A stretch of 44,123 bases of DNA, from the NCBI GenBank assembly GCA_045807245.1, contig JBJMHS010000089.1, positions 1 through 44,123 of the forward strand, written 5' to 3'. The stretch is from Actinomycetales bacterium. GTDB taxonomy: Bacteria; Actinomycetota; Actinomycetes; Actinomycetales; CAVURS01. The position numbers and the translations under genes were made by a program. Positions 27,221 to 36,180 of the stretch are shown piece by piece (position 1 is the stretch's first letter; every line of letters begins with the position of its first letter). The notes under the pieces were generated by a model. It saw nothing but the letters and a program-made list of their open reading frames with translations. It searched no databases and had not been told where the DNA came from.

Positions 27221-30217
27221 CTCCCGGAGGGCCGGCTGCCCGTCGCCAGCTCGATCCACATCGCCCGCCCGTAGACCGCCCACTGACCACACGGTGGCCG
27301 ACCCGACTGGGTCGCGCCAGTCGACGGAGTTGCCGAGGGCAACGTCCTCGACGACGTAGGGCTCGCCATGAGGGAACGGCACTGGTCGCCATTGCCCGAC
27401 GTTGCCGTCGGACACGTCGAACCTGCGCTGGTACGCGTTGCCGTCACTGCACGAGGCAAGAATGCGACCCCTACCAGGCTCGTGGCAGACCAGCGAGATT
27501 CTGACCACGGGCTGGCTGGTGCCGGCGAGGTTCGTGGGCATCGGGAGGTGCAGCCAAGCGGTCCAAGTGCCGTTATCCCTTCGCATCGCCAGGCCCACGT
27601 TCCCGCCCTCCTCCGCACACCCGAAGACGACGTTGTCGTCGAGCCCGTAGTCCGGGGCAGCCACGGCCACATCGACGGACAGTGGAGCTGCTGGTACCGC
27701 CTGAAAGTCCTGCCATGTTCCGTCGGCGTTGCGTTTGCCCCATATGGGAGTGGGATGCTCGGCAATGGCCGAGACGTATGCGACGTCCATGCCGGGCACA
27801 ACCACGATCGCGCAGCGACCGGCCCGCAACGGGTTGCCGCCACCGCGTGGTACCTGCGCGAGTTCACTCCACTTGAAGTCAGAGACTCGCACGGCATGCA
27901 AGACCCAGTCGTTTGCGTTGATGACGAGTATTTGGGCCAGCCCCGTCCCCGAACCGTCCAGACCCACGTCGCAGGAGATGGCGAGACCAACGCCTATTGG
28001 CCCTGGCTTCTGACCGGGCACCACCTGGAACGGCTCCCAACCGCTTCTCGCCTTGGTGTACTTGCGGTGGTAGACCCACCCGTCGTCGGGAAGGGCGGCC
28101 ACCATCTGGCTGCCGTCCTGCGAGATGGCCACCTGGGCGAAGGGCCGCGAGTCCCCTGCGCCGTCGTAACGCCAGGTGCCGGGCTTGCGCTGGTCGCGCG
28201 AACAGTCGGCCAGCCAGGTCGATCCCTTCAAGCGAGGCAGGTCCGGCTGGTGCGGGCTCAGGCTCGTCCAGCTGAAGCCCTGGTACTCGTTGTCGCTGAC
28301 CAGTGCTCGGGAGCGAATGGGCAGCGATGACCCGGACTGCTTCTCGCATTGAACGAGCACCGCTGTGACGGCGTTCAACGCGGACATCGCCGCGCCCTCG
28401 GCCCAGCCACCGAGGAAACCCACGCTGTCGCCGGCCAGGAACACGCGGGAGTACGGCCGGATGGCCGTTTCGGTCGCCGCTCCGGCGAGTAGCGAGTGGT
28501 AGAAGAGGCAACCGGACAGGTAGGTGCTGCCGGGCAGATCGAGTTTGAACCCGCCGCCGAACCCCGGAACCTCATTCCAGTCGAACGCGGCGGCCCGCCC
28601 CTCCCTCAGCGTTCGGCCAACGATGGCGTACACCCCCTCGTGGTCGTCCCGCCGATCGAACGAGGATGCGACCAGCTCCTTACGGAGCTTTGCAGTGTGC
28701 GATGCCTGGAACTTGAGGGCGTCGTTGCCCAGGGCGGTCACTACGGCCTGCGTGCGTGGAAAGGCGCCGCTCTGCGGCATGAGGCTCGTCATCTGGGCGT
28801 AGCGGTCGGTGACGAAGCAGGTGAACGGGCTGCCATCGGCAGCCCTCGGCCAGTTGGGTATGTCCGCCGGTTCGTCGATCTCGATCGCCAAACGATGCGC
28901 CGACACCATGTTGAGCTGGTGGATGGCTGCCTGGATGCCTTCGACTGCACGCAGGCTGTCCTCGGTATGCCTCTGCAAACGCGTGAACGGACCGCCGGGG
29001 GAGTCTTGACCAAGGCCCATTTCCTGCATGGCGCGACTGCTCAGCGCAATGATCGCGAAGTCGAAGAACTCGCCCATGTCGCCGGATGCCACGACGACCT
29101 TGTCGGGTTGGCCATCCATTTGCCGCACCGTGACACCGACAACCGGGGCGCCGGTCCGGAACATGTCGTTGAAGTCTCGACTGCCGTCGCCTGAAGCGTG
29201 CGCCAGATGGGCCAGCCCGTCGACAAACGCCGCGGTGCCGTGGACGTCTGCCGGATACAGAAGCGGGTAGTCGGAACGGCTCGGCAGCAAGTAGCCCCCG
29301 CTGGTGTTCCAGACGACGTTGCGAAGCACCTCGAGAAACGCCACGTCGAACAGCGCGCCGAAACCACCGGTACCCAGCCCAACCGATCCGAACGCGTGCA
29401 TCAGGCTCGGCACGTCGGTTCTTCGCGGTGCGAACACTTCGGTCTGCAGGACCTCACCCAGCGACTTGTGCTCAAAGCGACGTCGCATGTTCTTCCAGAA
29501 CAGGAACAGAGAGAAGTCGTCACCCAGGCCGCCTCTGCGGGCCACCTGCTGGATGTCAGGGAGGTACTTCGTCTGTGGCTCAGCAATGCCGTCGTTCAGC
29601 CCGGCCAGGAAGGAGATCCACAGGTCGGCCGCTTCTCGCATGACCCGCGGCAGGTCCCGGACGTCGTCAGTCAGGCGGAACCACGTGTTCTGGTAGCAGC
29701 CGAAGCTCGGGACGACGCCGGGGTCCGGATAGGCCCGCGCGCGAAACGCGTCAGGGTCGATCCCGGTGCCCTGGCACTTGTAGGCGGCCCAGGCGCGGAC
29801 GTAGTGCCACAGCAACCGCGACTCGGCTGGGAAACGAGTGGCGCCGAGCTCCTTGGGAGGCGCCGGCGCCTGCCTCGGGGGCTCGGTCCTCATCCGGCCG
29901 CCCAGCGTCTGCTGCTCCTCGAACAGCGTGACCCGGATTCCGCATCTCGTCAGCTCGTATGCCGCAATAACGTTGGCGATGCCACCGCCGATCAGGGCGA
30001 CGCTGAGCTGGTTCCTCCGGTCGAACCTGGCCAACGGGCCAAGGTCCTTGCCGTCCTTGGGGTCGCGCAGAAGGGACGCGTACTCGCGGGTTGGTGCGTC
30101 CGGGAAGAGCTGCTTGCCGGCATCGAGCTCCTTCAACGTCTTGGGCTCAACCCCTGCGACGTTCGTGGCCCCGAGCAGGCCACTCCAACCGCCGAACATG
30201 TGCATGGACGGAATCAC
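27200..30217 (-). CDS. Flavin amine oxidase (Trp/Lys 2-monooxygenase-like) fused to a C-terminal Trp-rich beta-propeller; paralogue B, ~1005 aa
   Basis: VALIGGGIAN...YEL...FEE...GGR, ELGATRFP, GLGTGGFG, TDRY, GGFK and FLAGDSVGFLGGWAEGA. C-terminal repeats such as WGKRNADGTWQDF and RRDNGTWTAW. Start set at GTG 30217 by alignment with paralogue A and the GTGA overlap. Confidence 0.8.
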   Translation of the reverse strand: MIPSMHMFGGWSGLLGATNVAGVEPKTLKELDAGKQLFPDAPTREYASLLRDPKDGKDLGPLARFDRRNQLSVALIGGGIANVIAAYELTRCGIRVTLFEEQQTLGGRMRTEPPRQAPAPPKELGATRFPAESRLLWHYVRAWAAYKCQGTGIDPDAFRARAYPDPGVVPSFGCYQNTWFRLTDDVRDLPRVMREAADLWISFLAGLNDGIAEPQTKYLPDIQQVARRGGLGDDFSLFLFWKNMRRRFEHKSLGEVLQTEVFAPRRTDVPSLMHAFGSVGLGTGGFGALFDVAFLEVLRNVVWNTSGGYLLPSRSDYPLLYPADVHGTAAFVDGLAHLAHASGDGSRDFNDMFRTGAPVVGVTVRQMDGQPDKVVVASGDMGEFFDFAIIALSSRAMQEMGLGQDSPGGPFTRLQRHTEDSLRAVEGIQAAIHQLNMVSAHRLAIEIDEPADIPNWPRAADGSPFTCFVTDRYAQMTSLMPQSGAFPRTQAVVTALGNDALKFQASHTAKLRKELVASSFDRRDDHEGVYAIVGRTLREGRAAAFDWNEVPGFGGGFKLDLPGSTYLSGCLFYHSLLAGAATETAIRPYSRVFLAGDSVGFLGGWAEGAAMSALNAVTAVLVQCEKQSGSSLPIRSRALVSDNEYQGFSWTSLSPHQPDLPRLKGSTWLADCSRDQRKPGTWRYDGAGDSRPFAQVAISQDGSQMVAALPDDGWVYHRKYTKARSGWEPFQVVPGQKPGPIGVGLAISCDVGLDGSGTGLAQILVINANDWVLHAVRVSDFKWSELAQVPRGGGNPLRAGRCAIVVVPGMDVAYVSAIAEHPTPIWGKRNADGTWQDFQAVPAAPLSVDVAVAAPDYGLDDNVVFGCAEEGGNVGLAMRRDNGTWTAWLHLPMPTNLAGTSQPVVRISLVCHEPGRGRILASCSDGNAYQRRFDVSDGNVGQWRPVPFPHGEPYVVEDVALGNSVDWRDPVGSATVWSVGGLRAGDVDRAGDGQPALRESGLAGA

Positions 30218-33200
30218 TGGTCCTCGACCTCCTGGTCGGTGCTGGCATCGAGCGCGTCGCCGGTGATCCACACCCTGGTGGAGCCCTTGTAGTCGCAGAT
30301 GTCAGGCGAAGCGCCGATGGCAAGGTTCGTCAGGTTGAACGCGGACGTTGCGGGGTACGGCACCGGCCGCCAGGGGTAGTCGTCATGCCCTAAGACGTCG
30401 AACAGACGGTGGTAGACGTTGCCGTCGCTAAAATCGGCCACGATCTCGACGCGGCCGAGCGTCTCGGGCATGCCTACCACCGAGACCCGGACAGCGCCGA
30501 GGTTGCCGTTTGGCGCGGGCACCGGTGCTGTCCACGTCGTGTCCCAGTGGCGGCCGATGACAGTGACGGTTTCATGCGCGTCGATGTAGACCAGGACGAG
30601 GTACTCCGTCCCGGGACAGGTCGCGAGCGCCACCGCCTCGCCGTACAGGAGGTGACCGGTTCCGCTCGGCACGGACTGCCACATCGCCCAGTTCCCCTGC
30701 GGGTCCCGGATCGAGTGCAGGATTGCGTCGTCGTCGCGAAGGATGACGACGTGCGCGCTCGTCGGGGGCGGCCGGTCCAAGACGGCGATGGCCGCATGAT
30801 CCCCGGGCGCCCAGCCCCCCAAGTCGATGGGCTCAAAGCCGTGTTGGCCCAGGTCGGCGGTGTGGTACAGCCCCATCCCTGGCGAGAACCCCACCGCCTG
30901 GGCCTCGGCGTCCGCACGTCCAACATACCGGGACGCGGACGCGGAGACGGCGATCCCTTCCAGTCCCCCGTCGACGTCAATGTCGGCCCACATTCCCCAT
31001 TCGCCTGATCTAGGGTCGAACCTCCGCCATAAGGTCGTCGTACCGTCGACACTGCAGGTCATCCAGAGTCCGTCCTGCGAGACGGCCAGATCGGTCAGTC
31101 CCCAGAGGACGTTCGATGCGTCGGTTGCGTCCCAGCGCCAACGCGGCGGCATCTGTTCTGAGTGGTCCTCAGCGCGGCGTACGGCGGTCAGGGACTTCAG
31201 CTCTGGAGGCGCCGTCACAGTCTTGGCACTTACGGGCGTCCACGTGTGGAAGGCCGCCGCGTTCGGATCCAGCATTTGAGCGGCCCCCAGCTCACCGGGG
31301 TTGCCGTCCTTGATGCCTTTCCTGACCTGGTAGAGCACTGCAGCCGTGGCCGTGAGAGCCGACATCGCCGCGCCCTCCGCCCAGCCGCCGAGGTATCCGA
31401 CGCTGTCTCCGGCCAGGAAGGTACGTCCCCAGGGCTGCTTCTCCGAGTCGCGTTCGTACACGAGCTGGCTTTGACACAGCAAGCTGCCGGCAAAGTACTC
31501 GTCGTCCGGTCGGTTCAGCTTGACTCCGCCGTTGAACCCGACGGTGGTGTTCCAGTCGCGGTCGCGTTGGTCGGTCGTGGCCAGCAGCTCGTCCGCGACT
31601 GCCTTGAAGCGCGAGTCTTGTTTGTCCGGGGGCTGGAAAGCTTGGACTACCCGGCCGAGCTGTGCGGGGAGGCTGGTCCCGCGCAGGTCTTGGAACTTCA
31701 GCGCGTCGTCGGACCAGGTGTCCGCGGCCACGAGCATCGTGTCGGCTTGGCCGGGTAACGGCGGCATGACGATCATCGTTCGTGGGTAGCGGTCGGTGAT
31801 GAAGCACTTGACCAGCTGACCGGCCTGGTTGGTCGGCCAAGCCGAAATGGTTTCTGGCTGCGGAATCCGAGCGAACGACTTATAGCTGCTCGTCATGTTG
31901 AGCTGATGAACCGCCGCCTGGACACTGTGCACAGCCATGGTGCTGTTCGGGGTGTGAATGCCCCAGGTGCGGAACGGGTTCTTGGTCGGGTGGTCCTGGC
32001 CGAGCCCGAGCGCCTGCATCGCCCGGCTGCTGATGGCCACGATGGTGTAGTCGAACAGGATGGGGTCCTTGTTCGCCAGGCATACGCCGATCTGTGTCTT
32101 GTCTTCCGCTTCGATGACGCAGAGCGACTCCACCGGCGCACCGAACCGGAACATGTCGTCGAACGCGCGGCCTGGATAGAAGGACTGCGACTGCAACAGG
32201 CCGTAGTTCGCGAGACCTTCGGCGAAGCCCTGCATGTGGGCGCCACGCTTGCCGGCATGCTCCTCGCGGCGGACGACGTCAGGCAGCATGAACAGGGACG
32301 TGGAGTCCCACACCACGTGCCGAAGGACCTCGAGGACGGAGATGTCGTCGACCGGTCCGAAACCGCCTGTACCGACTCCGACCGCTGCGAAGGCGTCGAA
32401 GAGGGCGCCAGCGTTCGTGGCCGTGCTGAACACCTCGGTGCGAAGCACGGATCCGAATGACCGGCCGCCGTACTTGCGGATCATCGCCCGCCAGAACTGC
32501 GTCAGGTGCGGACCACGAACCGGATCGGTCGCTTGCCGGATCGCGTCTTTGAGGTACACGGTGCGCGGCTCGGGGGTGCCGTCGTTGAGCCCTTGTAGCC
32601 AGGACCGGAAGCGATACGCGGCCTCGCGCACGGCGGACGGCAGCTTGTTCAAGTCCTTGGAGGGCTCGAACCACTCGTTGAGGTAGCAACACAACGTAGG
32701 AACGGTGCCCGGGCTGGGAAACCGCTTCGCGATGAGCTTGTCTGCGTCGGCCTCGGACATGCCCTCGGAGACCGCCCAACGCCACACGTAGTGCCACAGC
32801 AACGGAGACTGCGCCGGAAAGGCGGCCGCCCCCAGCTCGGCCACATAGCCATCCTTGACGTCAGTCGTCAGACGGCCGCCGAACGGCTTCTGTCCTTTCG
32901 TCGGATCGTCGGCCTGCTGCTCGAACACGGTGACCTTGACGCCGCAGCGGCTCAGCTCGTACGCAGCGATCAGGTTGGCGATACCGGCGCCGATCAGCGC
33001 GACGTTTGCATTGATCGCCTTGCCGTTGTCGGACTTCCTGTCCAGCAACGGAGCCCTGGTCGCGCCGGTCGAGTCAATCAGGTAGTCGTTGTACTGGATC
33101 GTGGGCACATCGGGAAAACGCTGGATGCCCGCGCGCAGTGACCCCACCGTCCTCGTGTCGGGGAAATGCGTGTCTCGAAACCCGAGGAAACCGCCCCACC

Positions 33201-33228
33201 CATCGAACAGGTCCATGTTTGGAATCAC
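30214..33228 (-). CDS. Flavin amine oxidase (Trp/Lys 2-monooxygenase-like) fused to a C-terminal Trp-rich beta-propeller; paralogue A, ~1004 aa
   Basis: VALIGAGIAN...YEL...FEQ...GGR, ELGAAAFP, GVGTGGFG, TDRY and FLAGDSVGYLGGWAEGA. Repeats such as LHSIRDPQGNWAMW and DGNVYHRLF. N-terminus VIPNMDLFDGW parallels VIPSMHMFGGW of paralogue B. Confidence 0.8.
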   Translation of the reverse strand: MIPNMDLFDGWGGFLGFRDTHFPDTRTVGSLRAGIQRFPDVPTIQYNDYLIDSTGATRAPLLDRKSDNGKAINANVALIGAGIANLIAAYELSRCGVKVTVFEQQADDPTKGQKPFGGRLTTDVKDGYVAELGAAAFPAQSPLLWHYVWRWAVSEGMSEADADKLIAKRFPSPGTVPTLCCYLNEWFEPSKDLNKLPSAVREAAYRFRSWLQGLNDGTPEPRTVYLKDAIRQATDPVRGPHLTQFWRAMIRKYGGRSFGSVLRTEVFSTATNAGALFDAFAAVGVGTGGFGPVDDISVLEVLRHVVWDSTSLFMLPDVVRREEHAGKRGAHMQGFAEGLANYGLLQSQSFYPGRAFDDMFRFGAPVESLCVIEAEDKTQIGVCLANKDPILFDYTIVAISSRAMQALGLGQDHPTKNPFRTWGIHTPNSTMAVHSVQAAVHQLNMTSSYKSFARIPQPETISAWPTNQAGQLVKCFITDRYPRTMIVMPPLPGQADTMLVAADTWSDDALKFQDLRGTSLPAQLGRVVQAFQPPDKQDSRFKAVADELLATTDQRDRDWNTTVGFNGGVKLNRPDDEYFAGSLLCQSQLVYERDSEKQPWGRTFLAGDSVGYLGGWAEGAAMSALTATAAVLYQVRKGIKDGNPGELGAAQMLDPNAAAFHTWTPVSAKTVTAPPELKSLTAVRRAEDHSEQMPPRWRWDATDASNVLWGLTDLAVSQDGLWMTCSVDGTTTLWRRFDPRSGEWGMWADIDVDGGLEGIAVSASASRYVGRADAEAQAVGFSPGMGLYHTADLGQHGFEPIDLGGWAPGDHAAIAVLDRPPPTSAHVVILRDDDAILHSIRDPQGNWAMWQSVPSGTGHLLYGEAVALATCPGTEYLVLVYIDAHETVTVIGRHWDTTWTAPVPAPNGNLGAVRVSVVGMPETLGRVEIVADFSDGNVYHRLFDVLGHDDYPWRPVPYPATSAFNLTNLAIGASPDICDYKGSTRVWITGDALDASTDQEVEDQ

Positions 33229-33365
33229 GTAGCGAGCCTTATGGCTGCGCTCCCCGATCCCAAGGGGTCTGCGTCCAGTGTCCACAGTGGACCTAGGTCC
33301 CTTGCGCTCCGCAGAACCGATCGAGCTGTGCTGCTGGCGCGTCGCGCGCAGCAACACCATAGGAA

Positions 33366-33393
33366 CAGCCGACCCCCAGGTGGGGGTCGGCTG
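33366..33393 (-). terminator. Intrinsic terminator hairpin downstream of rbpA
   Basis: Perfect 12-bp stem CAGCCGACCCCC/GGGGGTCGGCTG with a 4-nt loop, 28 nt after the rbpA stop. Confidence 0.75.
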
Positions 33394-33421
33394 GTCTCAG
33401 TGCCTTAGTCGGCTGTGCGGG

Positions 33422-33778
33422 TCAGGCGCTGCGCTTCTGCCGCGTCGTGCCCTGCTTGGCCCGGAGCAGCTCCAGTCGCTCGTCCAAGAGCACCTCCAGC
33501 TCGGCGACCGAACGCCGCTCGAGCAGCATGTCCCAGTGGGTGCGGGCCGGCTTGGTGGCGCGGGGAGCGGGGCGGGTCGCGTCGACCAGCAGGGCCTCGG
33601 AGCCGCACTTGCACTGCCACAGCGCTGGGACGTCGGCGTCGAACGCGAACGGGATCGTGAAGACGTGACCCTCGGGGCAGTGGTACTCGGCGATGTGGCG
33701 CTCGACGGGCTCGACACCCACATCGCTCTCCAGGCTGTTGGACCCCAGACGGGTCCCTCGCAGCGACTTCTCGCTCAT
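33422..33778 (-). CDS. rbpA: RNA polymerase-binding protein RbpA
   Basis: MSEKSLRGTRLG...KPARTHWDMLLERRS...LLDERL signature; GAGGAGG RBS; near fxsA-ppm1. Confidence 0.96.
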   Translation of the reverse strand: MSEKSLRGTRLGSNSLESDVGVEPVERHIAEYHCPEGHVFTIPFAFDADVPALWQCKCGSEALLVDATRPAPRATKPARTHWDMLLERRSVAELEVLLDERLELLRAKQGTTRQKRSA

Positions 33779-33818
33779 CGGGTGCCTCCTCGGCGCGACG
33801 TAACGTCTACGTACCCAG

Positions 33819-33845
33819 AACGCGGCGAGCAGTAACACGTGTTCC
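33819..33845 (-). promoter_or_regulatory. Putative SigR/SigH-type ECF promoter for rbpA
   Basis: GGAAC-N19-GTT on the minus strand; rbpA is a known SigR target in Streptomyces. Confidence 0.55.
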
Positions 33846-33958
33846 GCCCGCCGTGTGGAGATGCGGTAAAGGTGATGTGGCGTGCGCCACACCGTCTACT
33901 TCGCAGCCAGAGGCTGTCCGGTTCGCGGCCAAAGGTCTCGGTTCGGTGACGCCTCGGG

Positions 33959-35341
33959 TCAGACGACGGCAGGCACTGGGTTGCCGGCGTCGACGATTCC
34001 CTGCCGGACGTCGACCCGGCTCAGCAGGTAGCCGCCCACGACGAAGAACACGACGAGCGCGATGATCGCCCACCGGTAGGAGTCGGTGACCTGCTGGACG
34101 ACACCGAACAGGAGCGTCCCGAACCAGCTCGTGCCACGCTCGCAGGCCTGGTAGAGGCTGAAGTACTCCGCCTCGCGCCCGGCCGGGATCAGCTGGCTGT
34201 ACAGCGACCGGCTCAACGCCTGGCTGCCACCCAGGACGATGCCGATCAGCGTGGCCAGCGCCAGCCACAGGGCGAACTGGTGGGCCGGCAGGAAGAACCC
34301 GATCGTGACCACACCTGTCCACAGGAACAGGCTGGTCAGGATCACCCGCCAGGCGCCGTACGTCGCGGCGAACCGGCCGAACAGCAGCGCGCCGCCGAAC
34401 GCGACGAGCTGGACCAGCAGGATCGTGATGATCAGCTGGGCCGACGAGAAGCCGAGCTGCTGGTCGCCGTACACGCTGGAGGCACTGATCACCGTCTGGA
34501 TGCCGTCGTTGAAGAACAGGTACGCCGCCAGGAAGGTCAGCGTCTGCGGGTAGCCGCGCAGGTGACGAAGGGTTGCGGCCAGCTGGCCGAAGGACTGTCG
34601 GACGACGTTGCCCCGGGCCGTCGGCTCGACGTTGACCGGAGCGCGGTCCCGCAGCCCGATGAACGGGATGACGGTGAAGCCCGCCCACCACACGCCGGCC
34701 GACAGCAGGCTGATCCGCACGGCCTGGGTGCTGCCGAGACCGAAGGCGCGGTGGCCCTCGACCACGACCAGGTTCAGGGCGAGCAGGACGAAACCGCCGA
34801 GATAGCCGAACGACCAGCCGACGCTGGAGACCCGGTCCCGCTCGTCCGGCGACGCGATCTGGACCAAGAAGGAGTAGTAGACGACCAGGGCCGAGCCCAG
34901 GCACATGTTGCCGACGATGGTCAGGACGACCCCGAGCTGCCAGTCGTGGCCGGCGATGAAGTACATGGCCGCGGCCGAAGCCGAGCCGACCCAGGCCAAC
35001 GAGCACATCAACGCCTTGCGGTGGTAGATCCGGTCGGCGACCGCTCCGAAAATGGGCAGCACGAGCGCGCTGAAGATGGTCGAGACGGTGACGACGTAGA
35101 ACACCAGCGACCCCGGGCTGACCGGGATCCCGAGCACGTGCAGGTCGGTGTGGCACGTCGCGTCGTCGTCGATGCCGGGACAGGCGGCCTGCTTGGCGAC
35201 GTGGGTCAGGTACGGCCCGAGCAACACGGTCTGGACCGTCGTCACGTACGCGGAGTTGGCCCAGTCGAACCAGTACCACGATCGCCGCTCACGGCGGCGA
35301 GCTGTCTCGGCCGCCATCGGCCGCGCCGTACCGGCAGTCAC
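33959..35341 (-). CDS. MFS transporter (UMF1/ATG22-like)
   Basis: SWYWFDWANSAY, GWSFGYLGG, FNDGIQT, GGSQALSRS and EYFSLY; about 12 hydrophobic segments. Confidence 0.88.
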   Translation of the reverse strand: MTAGTARPMAAETARRRERRSWYWFDWANSAYVTTVQTVLLGPYLTHVAKQAACPGIDDDATCHTDLHVLGIPVSPGSLVFYVVTVSTIFSALVLPIFGAVADRIYHRKALMCSLAWVGSASAAAMYFIAGHDWQLGVVLTIVGNMCLGSALVVYYSFLVQIASPDERDRVSSVGWSFGYLGGFVLLALNLVVVEGHRAFGLGSTQAVRISLLSAGVWWAGFTVIPFIGLRDRAPVNVEPTARGNVVRQSFGQLAATLRHLRGYPQTLTFLAAYLFFNDGIQTVISASSVYGDQQLGFSSAQLIITILLVQLVAFGGALLFGRFAATYGAWRVILTSLFLWTGVVTIGFFLPAHQFALWLALATLIGIVLGGSQALSRSLYSQLIPAGREAEYFSLYQACERGTSWFGTLLFGVVQQVTDSYRWAIIALVVFFVVGGYLLSRVDVRQGIVDAGNPVPAVV

Positions 35342-35351
35342 GATGAGCGCC

Positions 35352-36140
35352 TCATGCCGGCCAGTGACCGCGCGCCACGAGTACGTCGCGGAGCAGGTCG
35401 GCCCGGTCGGTGATCAGGCCGTCCACACCGAGGTCGAGCAGGCGGTGCATGTCGGCCGGGTCGTCCACCGTCCAGACATGGACCTGGACTCCAGCCGCGT
35501 GGGCGCGGGCAACGCTCGCCGACGTGACGACGCGCAGTGGGCCGGCCCGCTCCGGCACCTGCAGCGCCGCCGCACCGCGGACGGCCAGCCTGGCGGCCGC
35601 GCCACCCGCCGGTCCCGGCAACGATCCGCCCAGTCGCCACACGGCCACCCGGGCGGGGCCGACCGACGTCGCGACGCGCGGACCGAGCTGCCGTCGCACG
35701 GCGGCCCGACGGGCGCCCGAGAACGACGCGACGCAGACTCGGTCGACCGCAGCGGTACGGCGGATGACATCGACCAGAGGTGCGATCGCCGGACTCGCCT
35801 TGACGTCGATGTTGACCTTGACGTCCGGCCATGCACCCAGCACGTCCTCGAGCCGTGGGATCGGCTCGACGCCGCCGATGCGGGCCTCCCGGACGACCGA
35901 CCACGGCAGCTCGGCGATGATGCCGGCCCGGTCGGTGACCCGGTCGAGCTTGTCGTCGTGGAAGGCGAGCAGGACGCCGTCCCGGGTGGCATGGACGTCG
36001 GTCTCGAGGTAGCGCAGACCGAGGTCCACGGCCGCGGCGAACGCCGCCATCGAGTTCTCCAGGCCGTCACGGGAGAAGCCCCGGTGGGCCATCGCGATCG
36101 GGCCGTCGTTGTCGCAGAAGGCGAACCGGGACCGGGGCAC
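35352..36140 (-). CDS. Glycerophosphodiester phosphodiesterase
   Basis: AHRG, ENS, ETDV, HD...DR, NIDVK, VHVWTVD and GVDGLITD. Confidence 0.93.
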   Translation of the reverse strand: MPRSRFAFCDNDGPIAMAHRGFSRDGLENSMAAFAAAVDLGLRYLETDVHATRDGVLLAFHDDKLDRVTDRAGIIAELPWSVVREARIGGVEPIPRLEDVLGAWPDVKVNIDVKASPAIAPLVDVIRRTAAVDRVCVASFSGARRAAVRRQLGPRVATSVGPARVAVWRLGGSLPGPAGGAAARLAVRGAAALQVPERAGPLRVVTSASVARAHAAGVQVHVWTVDDPADMHRLLDLGVDGLITDRADLLRDVLVARGHWPA

Positions 36141-36180
36141 GCGCCCAATGATTGCGGCTCGTGACCGGGGCGTGCGGCGA

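Noticed and set aside
27200..33228. Naming the oxidases iaaM or davB, or linking them to the nearby lysine cluster
   Set aside because: They are too divergent, carry an extra domain, lack a partner amidase and differ in composition from the kam genes; substrate cannot be read from sequence.
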